This document shows positions 23,425-32,201 of a stretch of 32,201 nt of DNA, piece after piece; the first letter of the stretch is position 1, and the number at the start of each line of letters is the position of its first letter. The notes under the pieces are model-generated. The model worked only from the letters and a program-made list of their open reading frames with translations, had not been told where the DNA came from and made no database searches. The DNA is taken from contig NKIB01000519.1 of NCBI GenBank assembly GCA_002256025.1, forward strand, positions 1 through 32,201. Direction: 5' to 3'. The position numbers and the translations under genes are program-made. The stretch is from Asterionella formosa. Lineage: Eukaryota.

Positions 23425-24960
23425 CCAGTAAGTTGCGGTAAATTTGCTTCTTCGTGTACACATTTCCAAAACCGACATGTATTTCCCAACTCGGCAGCTG
23501 TTAAGAAATCAAAGTATGAAACTTCTAACGGTACGCGCCCGCAGGCCTTATAAAAAGACTGGAAAAGTTAGATAAAACAGGATCTGACGAATTGTAATCT
23601 TGGGTTAAAGTACTAAGGGACAAATTTAGTTTAAGGAAATGTAGTCTACTTTAAGGAAATCTACCGGTACTTTAAGCAAAATTTTGTTTAAACTAAAATT
23701 TTGCTTAAAACTCAACAAACATACTAGTCCTTTCTTTAGTTTTACATGCTGCCTACATCGCTCACTACGGAAGGAAATTGAATTAACGGTACACTCCTGT
23801 CAGCACATGGCTTGCCGAGTATACAGTAGACCGGGTTTCATAGTATGTAGCGTGTAGTGGTATATAGGAATGGGCTACTGCACATTACTACAACTATAGG
23901 GCACTACCGGTACCAGTTAGTTTTGATGATATCATACCGGAGCGAATGCTTCACATTTGTCGGCTTCCATGAAGATGCACTATATACAAATTACCAACTT
24001 GCAATCAATCAATTCGCAGTAGATAATAAAATTATTTCATATCTTTTGTTTCGCTTAATCATGTTATTGCTATGGTCGTTGTCTTATTCGTTGTGTAGCT
24101 ACAGTAGAAGTGTTGTATCTGCTCATAGCATCATCGTTTATAAATTGCGCATCTCTAAATTACATGAAGAAATGTGCCAGCAGCGACTTCAATTTTCATT
24201 GTCAATATTTGCGTTATTAGGATTATTCTTTTTCGATTTTACTGTATATGTTGTGCTTGATATCTCTTTCAAACAGGAAAGCGTCGTTCTCATTTTTCAC
24301 AGAGATATTCGCTATTTTCATCATGGTCAAGAATGATGTGATGACATGATGATGAAGGATTCTCCAGCCACTTGCTACTACGACTTCTGATACAGCCACT
24401 ATAGCGGATTCTATTAAAAAGGCTAAATAATCATATTCCAGAGCAAATGCATGCAATCTCGGTTACGCCTACTGCATAAGTATCCTGTGCATGAATCCAG
24501 CCATACGTACTATGCAATATACATTGAATAATATACATTGTTCATTTCATCTTACATGTGTTTACCAGCACAGTATACAGTGTAATTAGCCACAGTATTA
24601 AGTAGGTCATACTAGGTGGGTGTCATGGTAGTTGCATTGAAATGATGATGCCACACAATAAGCGAAATTGTTCCAAGCAAAATTACTAATTTAAGCAAAA
24701 AGCTAAATTATGCAAAACTGTCCTAAATTAGTAAGCAAAGCCAACAGAAGCAAATGGCAGAATAAACAAAACAGGTTGGTCTCAATATTTTAGGCTAAAT
24801 GAGATGAAAGCTAAACATATTGCAACAACAAGCGGGCCGGGTCGGTTTATTAAATGGATATCAAGAAGAGACACACGCATCAATTTGGAATTGGAATCAG
24901 TATTGGCTGTACGAAGTCGTACGTTGAACTAGATACAGCAAAATTAACGCAACTTGCAGG
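23425..24960. mobile_element. 1.5-kb non-autonomous element with family A TIRs, TA-flanked
   Basis: Left TA|ccagtaagttgcggtaaatttgct and right agcaaaattaacgcaacttgcagg|TA match 20/24 as inverted repeats. Subterminal ttaagcaaaa/ttaaggaaat motifs; no intact transposase seen. Confidence 0.7.
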
Positions 24961-25059
24961 TATATGTACTGTATATACATCCACCAAGCAGTACCTGGTA
25001 CCAGTTCCCTGGTCACAGGTTCTCCTCCTACCAGTTACAAGGTACCTGGTACCAGGGTA

Positions 25060-25154
25060 CCTGCAATTTGCGGTAATTGTGCTCGACCTAAATATTTAGC
25101 TGTTAACATCCGATATTAAATTGTTTATTTAAGCAAAATGACCCCAAATTCCTG
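25060..25154. mobile_element. MITE family A copy
   Basis: TA|cctgcaatttgcggtaattgtgct...aagcaaaatgaccccaaattcctg, lying within GGTACC clusters (24990-25060, 25245-25275). Confidence 0.8.
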
Positions 25155-25596
25155 AAACATACTGGAAGCACTTCTAGAAGCTATGTAGAGAGTACCAGCT
25201 TATTTCCCGGTAGAAGGTACTGGAACTCTCCTTAGAATTGGAGGACCAGGTACCAAGTACCAGGTACCTGGTATATAGGAGAAATCATTTCAAGTGAGGG
25301 ATGACGATGAGAGATGCTGAAATGCAGGATGAATTTTTTTAATTCGGACGTGAAGCCTCTTGTTACAGCTGCTTGAATCTTGCTCATTGCATGTGCAGAG
25401 GCACATTTGTACATAAAGTAGCGGCTGAGAAAGCAGAGAGATAGCACTCGGGTTGGAGAGTCAAAACAAAAGCAGGCCAAGTGTAGCAACGAGATCAAAG
25501 TTGTTGCTCCACCAGCGCTTGCATCCCTTTTGAATTGGATTCGTTGGCGGAGGCCAAGGAGTCGTTTTGTACGTACAAGCGAACCACGTATCAATT

Positions 25597-28581
25597 ATGA
25601 TCGACGTTACTGGGTTCCTGCTAAGATGGCTATACCTATGCAATCTGGTGCGAGATGTCGCTGAAATCCAGACGTTGCCTTTTACACCACTTCATCCAGA
25701 TCACCATTCATCCATATTTTCAACTGCGCCGATTCCTCAGGGATACGCCCATCACGATCCCTATCTAGCTCACCAGTATCATCAACAACAGCATCCATCA
25801 TTATCGCATCTCACCGCTCAAGACGAATGGAAGGATCAGTTTCTTCGAGAAATTGTTTCGTACCCACCTGGCACGCAAAGGCTGTATGCCATCGACTCCC
25901 TCCGACTAGAACTGATTCATAGGTTTAGAATACATCTGAGAGAATCGGATGAAACTCTGAATGTGTATGCCAAGCACTGTCGTATCCAAGAAGCGAAGCA
26001 TAGGCTACCCGAAGATGACGACCCGTATCTAGATGCTGATGTTGAAATTGTCAAAGCATTTGAACAAGCGACCATGGGGGAGGAATACGACGAATCAGAT
26101 GAGTCGCAGGATTCAGCGGTTCTCGTCATTTCGAGGAATGGAACCAAAGTGATGGTACCGGATGATGAAGAAATGTGCTCGATGTCTGCGGAGGAAATAG
26201 AGCCAGTACCAGGACAGGAAGAAGTTGAAACAGCATACCGAAACCTTGCTGATTTCCGGGACTATCTTCCACAACTGGTATCATCCGCCCTTAAGTCGCC
26301 TGGAGCCTTTCAACCCACACTTCTGGATCCCATTCAAAAGCTTCGACAGTTACTACTAAACAGATGTCTGCAGGATGCCAACTGGGGTATCGAGCTTTGT
26401 TGGTTGCTGGAAGCAGACGTTGGTCGAGCATGGAAGACTCTATTTGAACACAGACAACAGACTGGCAAGCGTCTAATTGTGGTGTTGCCAGCCGAAAAGG
26501 CTGCAGTTTTGGCCAAGATTGGTACGGAGAAGCGAGATGCTTTTGATTTGCTTCAAGATGCCGAGCAAGCCACTGCGTACGGTTACACCATTCCTTCGCA
26601 ATCGATGCATCTTGAAGGCGGTGATGACGATCTGGAGACCAAACCCGCTCGCCTACCATCAAGTCTTAGCTTGAGACGATGTAGTCATTTCGGAGATACA
26701 ATGCATTTTATTGACCGACTCACTCAGATTTCAATGGACCTTCGAATGGTACCTAATCTACTACGTGGAGCGTACTTAGAAGAAAGCTTGAATGAAATTA
26801 ATCGACGGCTTCGTAGACGAATGGTGACACGAGGTGATGTTAGTTTAGATGTGGAGGATGGTCGAGCATCCTATGACTGGCCTCAGAACTCAGATATATC
26901 GCTTGATATGCTCAAACACAGCGTTCACCTTCCATTGGAGCCGAAACGGGTCACGTGGCAAGGAACCGAAGGTGATGGTCATGATTCCGCAAACCCAATT
27001 GCAGACAGAGCAAAGGCAGGAGTAATGAGAGTATTGAATATAGTCTCTGCAGATTGCCGCATTTTGGCCTCTCGAGAGCGATGTCCATATATGGTTCACC
27101 TTGAAGTTGCTGAAACCGGCTTGGAAGGTAGCGACGCAAGATTGTATGCGTCTGGATCGAGAGGTCTTGGCACCACTGTTGAAGAAAGTCTTGGTATTGG
27201 AAAAGCGACTATCGCTGCCTCGGCCAAAGAAATACATACAGAAGCACTCTTCCCACTATATAGAATACCATCGGAGCTGCTGATTGCGCCGATCGTACAG
27301 CCTCTGGAAGCCAAATCTATACCCAAGGGTGTTACACGACGATTGAGCGATGAGTCCAAGGGCAGCATAGAAGGGGAAGAGACGATCCTGCAGGGTGGAG
27401 AACTTAAATTCCCTTCAAGGGGGGGCTATCAATCTGACGAATATTATCCAGCTGGTGATTACATAAACTCTAATCCCTACGATGTTGCTCGTCAGTACCA
27501 ATTTGAGCAACTGCATCAGCAGATGCAATCATTCACTGTCACTCAAACTCAGCAAACACCAACCGAGTCCCGACCCTTTGTCACCACTCGCGAAGCCCTT
27601 CTGGAGAATATATATGGTCTCCCTTGGAAGGAGAAGTGCGAGCAAATCAGGCAAACATCACCTTATGGAAAGGTGAAAGGTTGGCGTCTTGCGTCCTTCA
27701 TTATGAAAGCGGGTGAAGACATCCGGCAGGAGGCGTTAGTCATGCAAGTCATTTCAAAATTGAGTGAGTGGTTCAAGTCCGAAATTCACGAATCCCACCG
27801 TCCTGTCATGAGGCCCTACACTATCATGTGCGTTGGAGGCGACGCAGGGATGATTGAATGCCTTACCGACGCAAAGAGCGTAGACGAGGTCAAGAAACGA
27901 ACCGATAACTTTGTTTCTCTCCGTGACTATTTCGAGAGGGCTTATGGGCCGCCGCGACCAAGGCCAAGCCAGTACTATTCTCAGCCACTAAATCAATTCC
28001 ATTCACAAGCTCCATCAAGTGATCTTGAGGTTATTTCCTTTGAAAAGGCCCAAGACAACTTCCTTCGGTCATTGGTTGGTTATAGTCTTGTATGCTATAT
28101 CCTTCAGATCAAGGATCGTCACAATGCAAATATCTTGCTAGACCGAGAAGGGCGTATCATGCATATTGATTTCGGGTATGTGCTTGGTGATACTCCAAAG
28201 ATGGGCAAGGTACCTATTTTTAGCGAGCGTGCACCATTCAAGCTGAGTGCAGAGTTTTGGGAAGTACTCGGGGGCTGGAATTTTAATGAAGGAGGACTTG
28301 GTGTGCGCTTTTGTAAGATGTTCGAGTTGGCATTTGCTACCGCTGCAGTTCACAGCGACGAAATCGTCAACATGGTCGAATCAGCACTGTTGAACATCAG
28401 TCGAAATCCAAGCAACGCAAGGCAGCTGGCTAATGGAATCCGGTCTAGACTCAGGATGCGAGGACCACCGGACTCAGTGGAGCAAAAAACCTTCGTTATG
28501 GACCTTGTTAACACGGCACTGACAAGTTGGGGAACGTCAACATATGACTGGCTGCAAAAGAACATGAATGGCTACCAATAG
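25597..28581 (+). CDS. Phosphatidylinositol 4-kinase type III (beta/Pik1-like)
   Basis: Long ORF with YLPQLV (helical PIK region), ILASRERCPYMV, SPYG...WRLASFIMKAGEDIRQE, LQIKDRHNANILLD...HIDFG, ERAPFKL and a terminal YDWLQ. First ATG is at 25597; an upstream exon cannot be excluded. Confidence 0.9.
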   Translation: MIDVTGFLLRWLYLCNLVRDVAEIQTLPFTPLHPDHHSSIFSTAPIPQGYAHHDPYLAHQYHQQQHPSLSHLTAQDEWKDQFLREIVSYPPGTQRLYAIDSLRLELIHRFRIHLRESDETLNVYAKHCRIQEAKHRLPEDDDPYLDADVEIVKAFEQATMGEEYDESDESQDSAVLVISRNGTKVMVPDDEEMCSMSAEEIEPVPGQEEVETAYRNLADFRDYLPQLVSSALKSPGAFQPTLLDPIQKLRQLLLNRCLQDANWGIELCWLLEADVGRAWKTLFEHRQQTGKRLIVVLPAEKAAVLAKIGTEKRDAFDLLQDAEQATAYGYTIPSQSMHLEGGDDDLETKPARLPSSLSLRRCSHFGDTMHFIDRLTQISMDLRMVPNLLRGAYLEESLNEINRRLRRRMVTRGDVSLDVEDGRASYDWPQNSDISLDMLKHSVHLPLEPKRVTWQGTEGDGHDSANPIADRAKAGVMRVLNIVSADCRILASRERCPYMVHLEVAETGLEGSDARLYASGSRGLGTTVEESLGIGKATIAASAKEIHTEALFPLYRIPSELLIAPIVQPLEAKSIPKGVTRRLSDESKGSIEGEETILQGGELKFPSRGGYQSDEYYPAGDYINSNPYDVARQYQFEQLHQQMQSFTVTQTQQTPTESRPFVTTREALLENIYGLPWKEKCEQIRQTSPYGKVKGWRLASFIMKAGEDIRQEALVMQVISKLSEWFKSEIHESHRPVMRPYTIMCVGGDAGMIECLTDAKSVDEVKKRTDNFVSLRDYFERAYGPPRPRPSQYYSQPLNQFHSQAPSSDLEVISFEKAQDNFLRSLVGYSLVCYILQIKDRHNANILLDREGRIMHIDFGYVLGDTPKMGKVPIFSERAPFKLSAEFWEVLGGWNFNEGGLGVRFCKMFELAFATAAVHSDEIVNMVESALLNISRNPSNARQLANGIRSRLRMRGPPDSVEQKTFVMDLVNTALTSWGTSTYDWLQKNMNGYQ

Positions 28582-28756
28582 CATAGTAATTAAAAAGCGT
28601 TCAATTATAGGATGCTTATACCGGTATGTATGCAATCGAATTACCCGTTGAATATGGAGTATTTTTCTTCACTTGTATATATCACCTTGTCAAGCGTACA
28701 TCACTCTGCCATGCGATACAGTTCGACGCATTCCATTTCTGCAGCATCACTAATAT

Positions 28757-29761
28757 TTAGTTAACTTCGGCAGCTGTCATGAACTCAGTGTGCTGGAGAT
28801 AATCTTCGAAGTTATCTGGTGGATGACCACAAATCTTCTCAATATCATTGGAAACAAGAGTCTCCTCTACTCCAGTCGCTTTGACCTTCTCCATAGCCAC
28901 AAGATCATCGACCATCCATTTCGGGTCGCCTCCCATCTTTTCCCCGTCTTCATAAGTATGAAGGAGCTGGTCCTCGAACATGATTGGCTTCTTCAGGTGA
29001 TCTGATAAAAGGCTTGCAACTTGTTGATCCGTAATGGCGCTTGGGCCAGTTAAAATGTATTCTTGATTCTTGTGATCCTTAGGACACAAGAGGACACGGA
29101 CCGCAACTTCAGCGACATCGTCGGGGCTGACGTAGTTGACTCCCTTTCCAGCCGAGGCTCCGTAAAATGTGGCTGGTGCTTCATTCGCCCGAAGGTTATA
29201 CCCTTGTTGGATCAAGGGGTTTGACATGAAGTGGGTCGCTTGAAGAATGGTGTAGGTCGTGTTGAAATATTGACCAGACACCAACAATTCATCACAGAGG
29301 CAGTGGGCCCTGACGGATGGAACTTGACTGAAAACATCGTTCTTTTCACGAGCGTTGTAGAAGGAGACTTTAACATAGTGCTTGACTCCAGCTGCATCGC
29401 ATGCTTTGAGAAAGAGAGGGAACTGTGCGTGCCAGAGACGAACGTTAGGAGTGGCACAAAAGACACTCTTGACACCAACCAGTGCTTTAGCATAGGTTGT
29501 TTCGTCCATCCAGTCGAAATCTGCCAACTCAGCACCGATTTTGTTAAAGTCTTCAAACTTCTCCCTATCAGTCACTCCAATTCGAAGATTGGGATAGCCT
29601 GCATTTAGAAGGCGGCTGGCCACTCGGTGTCCAACAGCGCCGTCAGCTGATGTGAGAAAAATCGTGCCGGAGGTAGGGTCCAAGTTGGGGAGTCCCAACG
29701 CTGCTCCAACCTCTGCGAGTTTGATCGCCAAGTCTCCAAGTTTGATCTCGGGAATCTTCAT
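28757..29761 (-). CDS. NmrA-like / atypical SDR NAD(P)-binding protein
   Basis: IFLTSADGAVG (degenerate Rossmann motif), AAGVKHYVKVS, YTILQATHFMSN, VNYVSPDDVAEVA and YILTGP. First ATG is at 29761 (29767 is TTG). Confidence 0.85.
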   Translation of the reverse strand: MKIPEIKLGDLAIKLAEVGAALGLPNLDPTSGTIFLTSADGAVGHRVASRLLNAGYPNLRIGVTDREKFEDFNKIGAELADFDWMDETTYAKALVGVKSVFCATPNVRLWHAQFPLFLKACDAAGVKHYVKVSFYNAREKNDVFSQVPSVRAHCLCDELLVSGQYFNTTYTILQATHFMSNPLIQQGYNLRANEAPATFYGASAGKGVNYVSPDDVAEVAVRVLLCPKDHKNQEYILTGPSAITDQQVASLLSDHLKKPIMFEDQLLHTYEDGEKMGGDPKWMVDDLVAMEKVKATGVEETLVSNDIEKICGHPPDNFEDYLQHTEFMTAAEVN

Positions 29762-30139
29762 GTTCAATCGATAGTGATGGTCTTCTGAAATATCGTGAAA
29801 GCGTTTTAGTGTGCAAAATATGAAATAATATGAGAACCCGTCGTCCTAATTTCATTTGTTGCAAATACCCGGTGTACCAGTACAAATGAACGTGCACATA
29901 CATGGTATGGTATGTACGGAGTGCTATATAATTTATATTACCGGTATGTAAATGGAGTGCACATAGCACCAGCAGGCGGGAGTCTATTCTAACGTTAGAT
30001 ACATGGCCCACACTGCCATGTTGATGTACCGGTAATTGCTTACTGGTAACTTTGAGTAATACCGGTTTGTTATGCAAGTGGACGTCAGCAATGTGAGAAG
30101 AGCATGATAATGCACCGTTATATAAAAATTATGATGACA

Positions 30140-30205
30140 CCTGCAAGTTGCGGTAATTTTGCTGAAACTAAAGATTTAGCTATTTTTATCCCAGATTCAA
30201 ATGTT
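30140..30205. mobile_element. MITE family A copy, right end missing
   Basis: cctgcaagttgcggtaattttgctgaaactaaagatttagctatttttatcccagatt is nearly identical to the copy at 30814. Confidence 0.85.
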
Positions 30206-30813
30206 GTTCAAGCTCTCTATGCATTACTCATATGCTGAATAGTTTAGCTGTAGACCAGCATGCCGGCATATACGGGTATCTGATAGTATGTATGAGGACC
30301 TCATACCTGGTACCCTGGTACCAAGTACCAGGGAACCATGATGGATATATACAATATACTTTACATGCTGTCGTACCCGGTGGGGGGGGGTGTTGAAGTT
30401 ACCGGTATATTCATTTGGAATCTGGGGAGACGCTGTCGTGACTACATTTTATACAGTACAAATTAATCGGATTATTTCAGTGTAATTATTGTATGTTGCT
30501 TTATTAGGGGGAATTTGGTGTACCCGGCCGTAAGTAACAATTCTCGTACATTGGATGAGAAGCCATTTATATTGGACATTTGTTGTCATGACATGACACC
30601 TTCGAGAGTTGATTCTTTTTAGTTGTCAGAATTCTGTACATAGCATGATACCGGTTTATCCTGTTTACCCATGGTCAATTCGACGTAGATTGCCCCAGTT
30701 GACCCGTTGCCTTGAATCGGCCCAGTGAGCTTCCGGACACCAATCGTGTTGATTTCCTTGCCATTCGGTTTACCCTAGAAAGAAACCTCGTCTACATATC
30801 TGAGTACCAGGTA

Positions 30814-30908
30814 CCAGCAAGTTGCGGTAATTTTGCTGAAACTAAAGATTTAGCTACCTTTATCCCAGATTAAAATGTTAATTTAAGCAAAATGACGCAA
30901 CTTGCAGG
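30814..30908. mobile_element. MITE family A, complete 95-bp copy with TA target-site duplication
   Basis: TA|ccagcaagttgcggtaattttgct...agcaaaatgacgcaacttgcagg|TA. Confidence 0.88.
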
Positions 30909-31647
30909 TACAGGTACCAGGATATCTGGTACAATATTCCCAAATATTTTTAAATTTATATTGAAAAAATAACATCATATTATTGTATTCTAAAACATGT
31001 AACAATGCCCGGAGTCAAACTTTTCCAATATTCCGGGTTTGTTGTTAGAGCTAAAACTTGTTTTGCGAGTTTCCCAGAGTTTCTGATGAGGCTTGTCAAT
31101 AAAACCTTTAATACCTTAAAGACGAGTTCATAGTTATCATGGGTCAAAATTGATTTGATACCCCTAAAAATCAATTAACACAACAAAGCTAGTGACTTTC
31201 AAATGACCATGGCAGTAACTTTTAAGACCACCCACTAAAGATCTAACAACAACCTTTAAAGACAACAGGCCTGTCTATTTGGATTCATTGGAGACTAGTA
31301 TGTACGACTGTTACAGTAAACTGGTGACTTCGTCTATACAAAAATAGGGACAGTGTAGTGAGACCAGAATTTACTAGCTTTGTCACGTATTTTTCATGTA
31401 TCATGATGTGACAGGCAGTATGTCATATTCGCAAGTAAAGCTGTACTATTTCTAGTCGAAAATCAATCAAACAATCAAATCGCCATTGAAGCTACAATGT
31501 AAAGGAGTAGTATTATGTTAACAATATATTTCTTAATGAAATCGTAGATGTGATTATCATTATGCCTTGTTTTCGTTCTTGGCAGTGAGATTTTCCGGTG
31601 CCATTGTACTTGCCGGTTGTTGTTTGTTGTGGGCGGTTGTGTGTTGT

Positions 31648-31865
31648 GAAAACAGTCTTGTTCTTGATTTTGTAGATGCCATTGCTGTTGCGGCTCTGAT
31701 AATGCCTTGTGTTGACTCTTGGCAGGAAGATCTTCCAGTATCATCGTCACACTTGTTGCTTATTGTGGGCGCTTGTTGTCACTTGTGTGTACTGAAAACA
31801 ATCCTCTTGTTCTTGATTTTGTAGATGTCATTTGTTGCTGTTGTGGCGCTGGTGATAGCATTTGA
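31648..31865. repeat. Imperfect ~60-bp direct repeat spaced ~150 bp
   Basis: aaaaca...cttgttcttgattttgtagatg(c/t)catt...gctgttg occurs at ~31648 and ~31796. Confidence 0.6.
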
Positions 31866-32201
31866 TGCTTCGGTGGGTAACATTTCCATTGCGGCATTGG
31901 TTGGTCGTTGAATGAAATGAGCGCTGAGGTGCTTGCATCAACCTGTTGATTGTCGTTTCCACTAGTAGCTAGCTGCATTCAAATACAGAAAACTCTTCGA
32001 TTTATTTCTGTAAAATGGTAGCACTCATGGCACGATGTCAGCGTACGTCGAGGTCAACAACACTGTGGAAAAGGGGAGCAAAACATCCCAGTTAGCAGTA
32101 GAGTAATTGTCGCTTGAATCAAGCTGATCGTTGTGACAATCCTTTGTATATATGAAAAGTTTTGTCAAGCTTCATCGTGATGAAACTACTTCTACATGCT
32201 G

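Noticed and set aside
23857..24456. ORFs inside the 1.5-kb family A element as a transposase or cargo gene
   Set aside because: Non-ATG or weak starts, AT-rich composition and no recognisable motifs.
31475..31978. Q/N-rich short ORFs as genes
   Set aside because: They derive from low-complexity TTG-rich sequence with an imperfect direct repeat and show no domain evidence.

Overview
Eukaryotic genomic DNA, most likely a diatom. This is inferred from the 70-87 bp GT-AG introns, a bipartite-like ValRS presequence and TTAGGG-type repeats. Six recognisable genes are present: a DIPP-type NUDIX hydrolase, a histidine-phosphatase-fold protein with RYG instead of RHG, an organellar valyl-tRNA synthetase, an NADP-glutamate dehydrogenase, a type III PI 4-kinase and an NmrA-like oxidoreductase. 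There is also a tandem pair of small, unknown, membrane-anchored paralogs. The intergenic space is rich in transposable elements: a decayed Ty3/Gypsy element, two decayed transposase-like remnants, a ~95 bp TA-flanked MITE family (A, with a 1.5 kb member), a long-TIR family (B), a small hairpin MITE with telomere-like repeats, and two copies of a tRNA-headed SINE-like element. The most striking signal is dense TA-CCWGG-TA/GGTACC arrays at element edges and gene 5' regions. These, together with TA-duplicating micro-insertions that break the Gypsy reading frames, suggest accumulated insertion/excision footprints of TA-targeting DNA transposons. All homology calls come from motif recognition by eye; no database searches were run.
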